A stretch of DNA of 64,000 bases from Octopus vulgaris (lineage: Eukaryota): NCBI GenBank assembly GCA_951406725.2, contig OX597824.1:97402001-97466000 (forward strand). The letters run 5' to 3'. The notes under the pieces are model-generated. The model was not told where the DNA came from. It worked only from the letters and a program-made list of their open reading frames with translations, and searched no databases. Made by a program: the position numbers and the translations under genes. Within the stretch, counting starts at the first letter, position 1; every line of letters begins with the position of its first letter. This document shows positions 53,420 to 64,000 of the stretch, in pieces.

Positions 53420-53830
53420 TGTCTTTAGACAAATCTAAATGTCCTCTAAGACAGGAGTGCGATGTATCTTCCGGTGCTTATGAAGCAAATTTTCAGCAAA
53501 ATACTACAATAGTATTACAAATATGAAACGTTATATTGGAGCCGTAGAAGGAAAATTTAAATCAAGATATAACAAACATCTTTTGAATTTTAGATACCGT
53601 GATAAGAGACAATAATCCCATCGGATCTAATTTGGAAGCTTAAAGAGGGAGGGGCCAATTTTGATATTTAAATCCAGACCTTATATCAAAGAATCTAGAA
53701 AATGTTCAGTGAGTTCGCTTGAAAAACTCTATTAAAATACTTTAGAACATCCAACGAATACATAAATTCGAGGAAAGAGATTTTGCCTTTGACATTTCAA
53801 AAAATACATTGTGTTGTAAATTGGAAAGTG
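53420..53830 (+). pseudogene. Penelope-like GIY-YIG endonuclease fragment (Naiad-like)
   Basis: DKSKCPLRQECDVSSGAYEA / MKRYIGAVEGKFKSRYNKHLLNFRYRDKRQ* / LIWKLKEGGANFDI / SRPYIKESRKCSVSSLEKLY / NEYINSRKEIL, matching the CPLxxxC..VY.A..YIG..E..FKxRYxxH..W.LK..C.LC..EK..LNxRxE pattern; frameshifted. Confidence 0.85.
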
Positions 53831-54131
53831 GACCCCTGGGCACTTAGTAAATCCTTAACGACTGGATTACGTCTGCTATACATCGAATTATTGTAACTTT
53901 GGTTGTTTCCCTTCTGTTTTGTTCTTGTCTTCTTCTTTACGAGCGTCTTTTGTTTAAACCTTGTCTACTCAACTGACAAAAGGTCTTGCTTTCAGCTTGA
54001 TAAATCGCGGAATGAATTATTATTTTCAGCACGAAACTTTGGGTAGCTATTTGCAAGATTAGTGCTTTTGATTTAAGATTAACTTTACTCTCTTAATTCA
54101 AAATTATCTTTCACTCAAACTTACATGGAAA

Positions 54132-54273
54132 AGGCAAATATTAACCGTTATCGTTAACGGAATGGATGGTCAGAATGTCTTAATTAGCTATGAATTTCGA
54201 AGTGCGTTAAAGATGGTTCGAATTCCTTAGCTAATTAAGACATTCCGTTAATGACAACGGTTAATATTTGCCT
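54132..54273. repeat. Inverted repeat downstream of the GIY-YIG relic
   Basis: AGGCAAATATTAACCGTT.TC.TTAACGGAATG[13-nt insert]TCTTAATTAGCTA.GAAT.TCGAA pairs with TTCGAATTCC.TAGCTAATTAAGACATTCCGTTAATGACAACGGTTAATATTTGCCT. Confidence 0.9.
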
Positions 54274-54323
54274 GTTTTTTTTTATTTCACTTTGGGTATA
54301 TATATATATATATATATATATAT

Positions 54324-54649
54324 CGCATCAGTTAATGGTTAGAGCATCGGGCTCGCAATCATGAGGTGGTGATTTTGTTTCCTGGGGCGGACTGTGTTGT
54401 GTTCTTGAGCAAGGTATTTTATTTCACGTGGCTTCAGTTCACTTAGTTGTAGAAATAAGTTGCAACATCACTGGTGTCAAGTTGTATCAGCCTTTGCTTT
54501 TCGTATGGATAACATCGGTGACATGGAGAGGGGACGCTGGTAGGCATAGGCAAATGCTGGTCGTCTATAAACAACCTTGCCGGATTTGTGCATGGGAGGG
54601 TAACTTTCTAGGTGCAATCCCATGGTCATTGATGACCCAAGGGGGTCTT
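54324..54649 (+). mobile_element. SINE family D
   Basis: Collinear with 5590-5887. Confidence 0.85.
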
Positions 54650-54679
54650 TATATATATATATATATATATGTATACTGA

Positions 54680-54827
54680 TCAAAATGGTAAGATAACAAA
54701 AGAATGAAAGAGACCTCGATATTATATAAAATAGAGGAATTTATCTGTAAATGTAATATGAGACAATTATTCGGTAGACATGATAGAACTCCGAGTTTCG
54801 GATGCCGAGGTGGAAATCCATGCCGCC

Positions 54828-54830
<3 letters not shown>
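54680..54830 (-). repeat. Partial copy of the HHR-like family at 56380-56646
   Basis: Shares CTCGATATTAT.TAAAATAGAGGAATTTATCT.TAAA..ACAATTA.T.GGT..ACTC.GAGTTTCGGAT.CCG; bounded by (TA)n on both sides. Confidence 0.85.
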
Positions 54831-54862
<32 letters not shown>

Positions 54863-54864
<2 letters not shown>

Positions 54865-55273
54865 CTTTTACTGTTTTACTTGTTTCAGTCATTTGACTGC
54901 GGCCATGCTGGAGCACCGCCTTTAGTCGAGCAAATCGACCCCGGGACTTATTCTTTGTAAGCCTAGTACTTATTCTATCGGTCTCTTTTGCCGAACCGCT
55001 AAGTAACGGGGGCGTAAACACACCAGCATCGGTTGTCAAGCAATGCTAGGGGGACAAATACAGACACACAAACATATACACACACACTTATATATATATA
55101 TACATATATACGACAGGCTTCTTTCAGTTTCCGTCTACCAAATCCACTCACAAGACATTGGTCGGCCCGAGGCTATAGTAGAAGACACTTGCCCAAGATG
55201 CCACGCAGTGGGACTGAACCCGGAACCATGTGGTTGGTTAGCAAGCTACTTACCACACAGCCACTCCTGCGCC
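54863..55273 (-). mobile_element. SINE family B (full length, well preserved)
   Basis: Reverse complement of the family consensus from GGCGCAGGAGTGG to the AAAAGAG tail. Confidence 0.93.
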
Positions 55274-56427
55274 TATATATATATATGTGTGTGTGTGTGT
55301 GAGTGTATATATGTATATATTTTGGGATCACTGAACATATGTTAATTATGCGAATTATAAGTTTGATAAAGCATATTCACAGTTTGGAGTACCTGGTGTC
55401 ATCCACCATTAGGATATATTTCCCTTTGATCTAAGGGTAATTTCAGGATGGGTCGAAACGATCGTCGTGCTGAATAAAGACTAGTGCTAATCTATCTTCC
55501 GTTTCCTCCATCAGTAATATATATATATATAAATATAGATATATACACAAATACATACACGAGTACACTTACAAACATATTCATGCATTCGTAAGAAGTG
55601 TGTATGTGTATATATGTATATATATATGCATATCTATATATATATGCTCCTATATTCACACATATATATGCGCACATATACATATTGTATGTATGTGTTT
55701 ATGTTATTATATACGTAGGCATATGTTTATATGTTCGTGTGTACCTTTCCTCAATGTGTGCTTCAACTTTATCCCTAATTACAAAGTTCCCCAACATTGC
55801 AGAACTCTGTGGGTAGGAAGTGAAATCTTAATTTATGTTTGGTTTTTATAACACATTTACCTCTAACGATGTCACATGACTTCCTGTCTCTCACTGTTTA
55901 CACCACAATGTTCTAATTAGATAGATTCAGAATCAATTTAGCGAAGACACTCGTAAACGGTTTTCGTAAAAATATAACATTATGAATTTAAGGAATATTT
56001 ATTTATAAAAGCAGATAGGGAAATTTAACATGATTTAGATCCTAAAATTCCTATTTAATGGTCACTTTAATGTGAAGTGTTTCCACATGCGAAGTCTGTG
56101 TATTCGTTATAATTCATGTCGTTTCGTTTCATTTCGATTTTATAACTTCAACCGAATCGAACCAATCAGCGACTCTACATTTTATCTTCCTCTTATGAAA
56201 CACTTTTAAAGTATGAAGTTTCAGGAACATTCAGGGTTTATACAAACATGCAGACATACACACACACAAACGCGCGCGCGTACACACACTCACACACAAA
56301 TGCGCAAAAGAACCTGTACACAAGCACACACAAATACACCGTTTTCTAATAATTTTGAAAGACCGCAGCCACCTCTCCACAACAAAAAGATGAATGCGAT
56401 CTCGATATTATGTAAAATAGAGGAATT

Positions 56428-56646
56428 TATCTATAAACATATTTAAACAATTAGTTGGTTGTCATTAAAAACACTCGGAGTTTCGGATACCGGGACTGAA
56501 GTCTGCTCCGGCATCTCATCAATTATTAAGACAAAACGCTAGGTCTTAATAACTTGATGAGATGCCGGAGCAGACTTCAGCCCCGGTATCCGAAACTGTG
56601 TCTTTAATGACAACCAACTAATTGTCACACGTTATATTTACAGATA
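56428..56646. mobile_element. Inverted-repeat element with HHR-like motif in each arm
   Basis: Arms 56447-56532 and 56543-56625 around a 10-nt spacer. Plus arm: TTGATGA-GATGCCGG(..)CCGGTATC-C-GAAAC (56554-56596). Confidence 0.8.
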
Positions 56647-56691
56647 TATATATATATATATGAGAGAGAGAAAATGACAGAAAAGTGTGTA

Positions 56692-56730
<39 letters not shown>

Positions 56731-57499
56731 ATACACACACATACATGGAGAGAAGTAAATAGAGGGCGACAGAAGTGGAGAAGTAAATAAAACAAAATGT
56801 CAGTTGCTTACACAGTTTGATGAAACGGAAGTGATTGTTCCGGTTCGAACGACATGCTAAAGTGGTGGCGATGTGAATAACGCTGAAACAGCAGCCAATT
56901 GCTGGCGATTGTGTCATCTCTTCTAGGATCACGTTTTGCACATCTACCGACGTTCTCTCAGTTCTCCTGCCATCTCTTACCTCACTCTTTCCTTCTCTTG
57001 CATTACTGCTCTGTTTAACAGAATATTATTCTGCCTGTTGCAGAAAATGGGAATTTTTTGTGTGTTTTTTTTGGTGTTTCTGGTGTTTCTGTTTACTTGT
57101 CGATCTCCTCCTGTTTAATGTTGCCATAGGAACTTTTCTTTCGTACAGCCTTTTTCTATCACTTTCAGCGTTAAAGTTAATCTCTCTCTCTCTCCCACTT
57201 CACATCTCCCTCTCTCCCTCCCTATCTCACCCCCTCTCTTTCTCTCTCTGTGGCTGTGTGGTAAGAAATTTGCTTCCTAACCACATGGTCCAGGGGTTCA
57301 GTCCCACTGTGTGAATTTTTAAAGTTTTTGCCTTCCTGTCATATTATTTGCCTTTATCCATTCCGTCACCTTGGGCATATAACAACTCAGCCGACACTAA
57401 AAGTCTGTAGTGAGACATATTTTTGTCGATGTACCTGATGAGACCCAGACTGATGGACAGAAACATAGGAGGTCTGATCGATAAGTATCCGGACTAAGC

Positions 57500-57756
57500 C
57501 GGGTGTTAGTGGTTCGAGTATTCGACTCACGATAATAAGTCCGTGAGTTCGATTCCTGTCGGCAATTATCTCCTTGCGCAAGGCACTTCATATCACGTTA
57601 CTCCCCTGCAATCACCTGGCAAAAAACAAGTCGTACGTATTACATTCCAACGAGTTGAGGTGCACCCAACCACTTGCACGTTAAATATCACTAGCAGGCT
57701 GTTCTGTTGATCCGATCAAGTGGAACTCTCATCGTGAAAACCGACGGAGAGCCAGT
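57500..57756 (+). mobile_element. Degenerate mosaic SINE (D-like body, C tail)
   Basis: TAGTGGTT..GAGTTCGATTCC..CCTTGCGCAAGGCACTT..CCACTTGCACGTTAA..CAGGCTGTTCTGTTGATCCGATCA..CCGACGGAG. Confidence 0.75.
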
Positions 57757-58032
57757 TATTCACATACACGCACAAACATACATATAATTTTGCTGTATAA
57801 AGTTGAATTCGAAGTAGATACAGCTATAAAAAATAAGGTGTAAATATTAGTTTCAAAAAGCCCTTTAGTTTGAAAAGGGTGAAAGCTGCCCATGGGACAC
57901 GAACCCGAATCATCTCAACAGCTTTCCAAGTTAAAACACTGGGTTTGTAAATTTTTCTACTTCGACTGTAAACCGTTAAAGACTATTAATTTACCTCTGT
58001 CGTAACTTCTAAATTCAATCAAATCACATAAG

Positions 58033-58077
<45 letters not shown>

Positions 58078-58119
58078 GTTTTTATTGGCTAAACTGGCAA
58101 TATGACCATTCCGAAATAT

Positions 58120-58170
<51 letters not shown>

Positions 58171-58589
58171 TTTCTTTATTGGCCACACAGGGCTGCACAC
58201 AGATGGGACAAGTTACAAGGTAGAGCTTTTCTTTTGGGGGATGAAGAAAACAAAAAACAAAAGAAAAAAAGGGGGTGGCGTAGGTTTTCGATCAAGAGGG
58301 ATCGTAAAAGGGAAGAAAAGAACAAAAAAAAATAAAATAAAATAAAAAATAAAAGGAATAAAAAGAAAAAAAAGAAAAGGAAAAGGAACAAAAGAAAAGA
58401 GAAATGAAAAAAGAAGGAAAAAAGGGGGAAAAAAAGGGGAAGAGGAAAAAAGAACGATCAATAGGGATCGTGTATCACAGTGTTATGATATATGGTGTAA
58501 CGGGAAAAGCAAGTAAGGTTTATCCGTGGGAAGAAAAGCTTACGAAAAAGACCACGGTAACCTTGGTCAATATTGTTATATGTTACCAC

Positions 58590-58739
58590 ATATAGATAGA
58601 TAGATAGATAGATAGATAAAGATAGATAGATAGATAAAGATAGATAGATAGATAGATAAATATATAGATAGATATAGATAGATAGATATATAGATAGATA
58701 TATAGATAGATATATAGATAGATATATATAGATAGATAT

Positions 58740-58794
<55 letters not shown>

Positions 58795-58855
58795 TATATA
58801 TAGATAGATAGATAGATATAGATAGATAGATAGATAGATAGATATATAGATAGAT
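58590..58855. repeat. (TAGA)n array
   Basis: Directly visible; a similar array lies at 60054-60270. Confidence 0.95.
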
Positions 58856-59097
58856 GTGTGTATATATTCGTGCATATTCCACCAATTACATCACGAATCA
58901 AACCACCATCTCATAAAGCTTGAATTTTCCTACCTCCTCACCTGTTTTGGCGTTAAACACCTTTCTGCCTTCTGTGATACACTCACACTTACAAACTCCA
59001 CGCGCACGCACACACACAAATGCATATAATGTTATGTGTGCAATGAATATGCCTAACTGTATAGGTGTTTTTACGTCGTATGTTTATTAGATTTACA

Positions 59098-59137
<40 letters not shown>

Positions 59138-60058
59138 CATATATATTTACATGCATATATAAATATAGATCCATATATACATATATATCTACACATATAT
59201 TTTTAAATATATATATATTTATACATATATACTACATACACAGACACATACACATATACATACTCACACACACAGAGACATATATGTGTGTGTATGTGTG
59301 TGTGTTAAGACCGCACGTGTGTGTGTGCATATTCATGGATGCGTGTTTTCGCACGTTGCTTCATTGCGTTTGTCTCTGCACACGCTGAATGTAAATTGTG
59401 TTCGCAACATATGAAAAATTCATACAAACCTACACGCGCATATGCGTCTATATTCATTTGAAATCTCTTTTGTGTACACTTAAGTTAACTAAAAGCCCTT
59501 TTTGTTTGTTTTACCGTTGAGAAAGCAAATGGATAAATATTTCACAAAACTCCCGCTTGGAGATCTCTATGTTTTTTAGTTTTCATTGAAAAACCTTCCA
59601 CATACATTCATTGTCATAGAAAATGGTTGGTTCCTGTGATTGGTGTTTCTTTGCAAACAACTATAATTGACATATTTTCAAGAAAGAACATGAAAACAAT
59701 GTAAAACAAGAGGAAATCAATCCATTTGTTGCTGGAGTTTCTTATTTCCCTTTGAAATTCTGTCGGATACTTTTGCATCCATACGTTTGTATAGAGGAAT
59801 ACTGTATATAGTCACACACGTACATACGCGCATATATATATATATATGTATATAAACATACACGCATACATGATGTATATGTATACATGGAAATGTATTT
59901 GTGTGTGTACGTGTGTGATTACTTTTAAAAGTGAATGAATTGTTAAATAAATGTTGGCAAGTTGTAAAAACGATTATTATGCTACATCAAATGCATGGCA
60001 TTATGTCGTGGTATCAAAGCTTTAACGAGTGTTTGCTATTAGTGTTTAACATGTAGAT

Positions 60059-60103
<45 letters not shown>

Positions 60104-60276
60104 CAGACAGATAAATAGATAGATAGACAGACAGATAGATAGATAGATAGACAGATAAATAGATAGACAGATAGACAGATAAATAGATAGATAGATAAAT
60201 AGACAGATAGATAGATAGATAGATAAATAGACAGACAGATAGAGTAGATATATAGATTAGACAGACAGACAATCAC

Positions 60277-60630
60277 AGGCGTGTGTCGGTTCGGTAAAAA
60301 GTTTGCCTTCTAAACAAATGGTCCCGGTTTCATTCCTAATGCGTGGCACTTTGGACATATGCTTCCTGCTACAGCGTCGGGCCGACGAAATCTTTGTGAG
60401 ACGGAAAGAGAAAGAAGCTTACCGTACATGTGTGTATGTGTGTGTCAGTGTTTGCCTCACCCCACCCCAACATCGCTTGACATGTGGTTTTGCCCTGTTT
60501 ACATCCGTGTAACTTAACGAATCGGCAAAAGCGATTGATAGAATATATACAAGTTTTTTTCTTTTAATAAGTACTAGTGATCAATCCGTTCGCCTAAAAT
60601 TCTTCAAAGTGATTCCCCAGCAACGCTACA
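60277..60630 (+). mobile_element. SINE family B, degenerate
   Basis: Recognisable head, GACGGAAA.AGAAAGAAGC, CAACATCGCTTGAC, GTAACTTAA..CGGCAAAAG. Confidence 0.75.
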
Positions 60631-60671
60631 CTCTAATGAACGAAACATAAAAGAGAAATGATACACGTATA

Positions 60672-60797
60672 CTAGCGGGAGCCGTGGAAATTCCACGGAA
60701 CGAATAAAATATAAAGAGGAGCTGTTTAATAAAGAAAGGATGATTTCCATTTTTATTGCATATAAATCTAATTGTTGCCTGTGCAATTAATTATAGA
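60672..60797 (-). mobile_element. Mini-Helitron candidate
   Basis: Minus strand: TCTATAATTAAT start (tentative), hairpin CCGTGGA-ATT-TCCACGG, then CTCCCG-CTAG|T. Confidence 0.6.
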
Positions 60798-60833
60798 AAA
60801 AACAACAATAACAACCTATACATTATTTAATAA

Positions 60834-61132
60834 AGCGGCGAGCTGGCAGAAATGTTAGCACGCCGGGCGAAATGCTTTGCGTTATTTAATCCGTTTGTCT
60901 GTCCTTGTTTGTCCTCTTTGTGTTTAGCCCCTTGTGGGTAGTAAAGAAATAGGTATTTCGGCTGCCGTTATGTTCTGAGTTCAAATTCCGCAGAGGTCGA
61001 GTTTGCCTTTCATCCTTTCGGGGTCGATAAATTAAGTACCAGTTGCTTACTGGGGTCAATATAATCGACTTAATCCCTTTGTCTGCCTTTGTTTGTCCCC
61101 TCAGTTTAGCCCCCTGTAGGCAATAAAGAAAT
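60834..61132 (+). mobile_element. SINE family A dimer with first core deleted
   Basis: Head joined directly to tail A, then AAGAAATAG|GTATTTCG second unit. Confidence 0.88.
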
Positions 61133-62107
61133 ATATGCAATATTTAATACACATATCATTCGTTAGAATTTGATTCTGTTGGAACTGCAAGATCAATATA
61201 TAATTGCATATTCCTTATTACGTAATATTTTATTATAATAAATTTTCTTTGAATTCAATTAATTTATGGAAAACAATCCCAAGTATATAAACAATGCTTT
61301 TATTTACATGATTAATTTCAATTCCACAGCAAATTAAAAAAGAAAATAACATCCATGGCTATTTCGTCAAGTTATTTCACTTCTAGTCGCAATAATATAT
61401 TCAGTTATTATTTAACTAAAAGAATCTCGTTGACTTGTTCTGTTAAATATAGTTTTGAAACCTGGAGTAAAACCACGCAAAATCTCTCCGAGAGTTTCAA
61501 AGAAGCAATTCGAGTGAGAGATTCCAAACGCCTCAGTTAAACAAAGAAATCAAACACGTGATGAATATAGGATTCCAGCGAGTAATTCTAATCAACAGGC
61601 CAGCAAATGAACTTTGAAAATTTTATTGAGTGTTCTTTTTTGTATTTCGGCATATTTTATGGTCGATATTTGATTTCTGCGAATTCCAGGCATTTTCCTT
61701 TCCTTCTTTCATTCTTTCTGTTTTTCCGTTTAAGGCTTTCCTCGGATGTAATGTTATTGCCACTTTCTACACAGAGCACTCAATTGCTATCGATCGTACT
61801 GATGTTTATTGGCGTAGAACTATTGAAATATTTATTCCCTGTGATATCTCGTAGAACAGAAAGAAGCGTGAAATATGTGTAGATTATACTCGAAGGGCAT
61901 TCATTGAGAGATTTATTGATGCACCAACACGCAACACACACACACGCATATATATATATATATATATAAAGTGTTAACAACTAACAATTCGCCAGATACT
62001 TAGTCAAACAAGACAACTGTGTGTTAAAGTTCAGCTCACTTTACGTTAAATACAACTGTCTATATTTGCGAAAGATAATGGCTGCACGGTCAGTTTTTGA
62101 ATCGCCA

Positions 62108-62182
62108 TAGCAGCAGCGGCACTAGCAGCAGCGGCACTAGCAGCAGCGGCACTAGCAGCAGCGGCACTAGCAGCAGCAGCAG
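62108..62182. repeat. 15-bp minisatellite
   Basis: TAGCAGCAGCGGCAC x4 plus a partial copy. Confidence 0.95.
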
Positions 62183-62244
62183 TAGCAGTTGTTGTTGTAA
62201 TTGATGTTGTTTATGAAAGTAATATTCTTTATGATGATGGAAGT

Positions 62245-62472
62245 CGGCGAGCTGGCAGAAACGTTAGCAGGCCGGGCGAAATGCGTAGCCGTATTTCGTC
62301 TGCCGGTACGTTCTGAGTTCAAACTCCGCCGAGGTATATTTTGCCTTTCATCCTTTCGGGGTCGATAAATAAAGTACCAGTTACGCACTGGGGTCGATAT
62401 AGTCGACTTAATCCGTCTGTCTGTCCTTGTTTGTTCCCTCTGTGTTTAGCCCCTTGTGGGTAGTAAAGAAAC
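62245..62472 (+). mobile_element. SINE family A (monomer)
   Basis: Family consensus head, core and tail. Confidence 0.9.
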
Positions 62473-63109
62473 AAATATTCTTTATGATGGTGATGGTGGT
62501 GGTGGTGATGTGATGATGATGGTGGTGGTGGTGGTGGTGGTGGTGGTTACGACGATGTCCCTGTACAGCTGTTGTTGTGGCTGCTGCTGTTGCTACCACA
62601 AGTAATGGCGATGACCATCAAAGCCACCGCCACGACAATGATGGCGGTGGTGCTGACAGTGGCGTTGTTGACGAGGTTATTTTTTCCAAATTCTTGCTCA
62701 GTGAAGCAGAAAATATACACACATATACATATGCGCAGTCACATGATGAATGTTAGCGAACCAAAACTTCGAAGTCACTTTCACCCTTCTAGTAAAAGTT
62801 TCTTTGCATCTTCTCTAGCAAAAAGTAATGTACAATCCTTCAGTTTGATGTTAAATTGTTATTTTATAAAACTTGACATACAAACGAACACACACTCACT
62901 CACACACACATATATATATATATATACTCACACACACATACAGAGCCATGTAACAATGGGTGTGTGTGTACGCGTGCTGTGTGTGAGTGTGCGTATGTGA
63001 AATCTATATAAGTCTTGAAGTTTATTGTTCTTCGTGCACGAACTGAACTCAGTGATCTGATATGTGAGAGATTAAATGAACTATAACTGTCAGATTCCAG
63101 TATTTCACA

Positions 63110-63180
<71 letters not shown>

Positions 63181-64000
63181 CGCGTTCTTGAAGAAACTGT
63201 TATGTGTCATTCCCATTTGGAAACTATGTCTATTCTTATACGACAACCAATGCCGCCAGATTATTTTGTCTTTTGTTTAGAGAACACTCAATGTTCTTAT
63301 TCTTTTTGAAGAAATAAAAAAAAAAAAAAATTTTGTATGTCTTTTGTCAGAGTAAGAAGGGTGACAGAACTGACCTCTCAGAGGGTTTCTAGACTAGACA
63401 TAGAAATGTAGGGGGTTAGCCTCATACTCGGGAGCTGGTCTGATTCCAACAGATTCATCATTATCATAAACCCGCTAGACCTTACTGTTTCGTAATTCGG
63501 GGACAGTAAGGTCGAGGGTCGTTTCCCCAGTGTCCATGGTATCTAAGCGACCGTGATCCCAACACCCGACTGAACGGGAGGCCAGTTCGTCGCATGGGTT
63601 GTTTATTTACAACTGAGTGGATTAGTGCAAGAAGAAACGAAATGTTTGGCTCAAGGATACAACACATCGCTCGGTCGATGAATGGAAACCACTCTCTAAC
63701 CATCGTTACTGCAAATCCCTAACCTCAAATCCATGTAATTTCTAATCCATTTCGTTGGAATCTACTAAACATACCCACGGACCGTTTTACAAGTTTAGTG
63801 TCCACGAACGATCCTGCTGACACCTGACACTTCTCTACACTACTTTCCATCAATTAAATTTCATTCAGTTTCACTTAAAAGATTCTAGTCAACTGGAAAT
63901 TTGGTCGAATATATTTTCCGATGATGCCGCTCACTGGGATCGAACTCACAACCACGTTATTTTAGTGGTGACTTAGGTCTAAATAACAACAGTATGAATT

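Noticed and set aside
57430-57475. CTGATGA...GAAAC motif
   Set aside because: Stem II imperfect, no convincing stem I or NUH site; at best a decayed HHR.
62108-62182. Regularly spaced repeats as a CRISPR-like array
   Set aside because: Head-to-tail 15-mers with no unique spacers, in eukaryotic DNA; a minisatellite.

Overview
AT-rich, microsatellite-dense eukaryotic DNA whose SINE content and repeat style most resemble an octopus (coleoid cephalopod) genome; the taxon is inferred, not proven. The only host coding sequence I can support is one minus-strand exon (26055-26472) encoding the N-terminus to TM3 of a cholecystokinin/sulfakinin-type class A GPCR, with a candidate small 5'-UTR intron upstream. 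Everything below 26054 is probably one very large intron. Almost all other ORF-track entries are microsatellite artefacts. The rest is a transposon landscape: four modular tRNA-derived SINE families, Tc1/mariner, CR1-like and RTE-like LINE relics, several mini-Helitrons, and decayed Penelope-like (PLE) RT and GIY-YIG fragments. The most striking unannotated signal is roughly a dozen hammerhead-ribozyme (HHR) or HHR-like motifs from several unrelated families. Many sit in inverted-repeat elements next to (TA)n tracts, always reading outward from the centre. The best example is a 519-bp near-perfect palindrome (51395-51913) with an apparently intact type I hammerhead, carrying an unusually long stem II, on each strand. 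All structures were read by eye; none was computed or tested.
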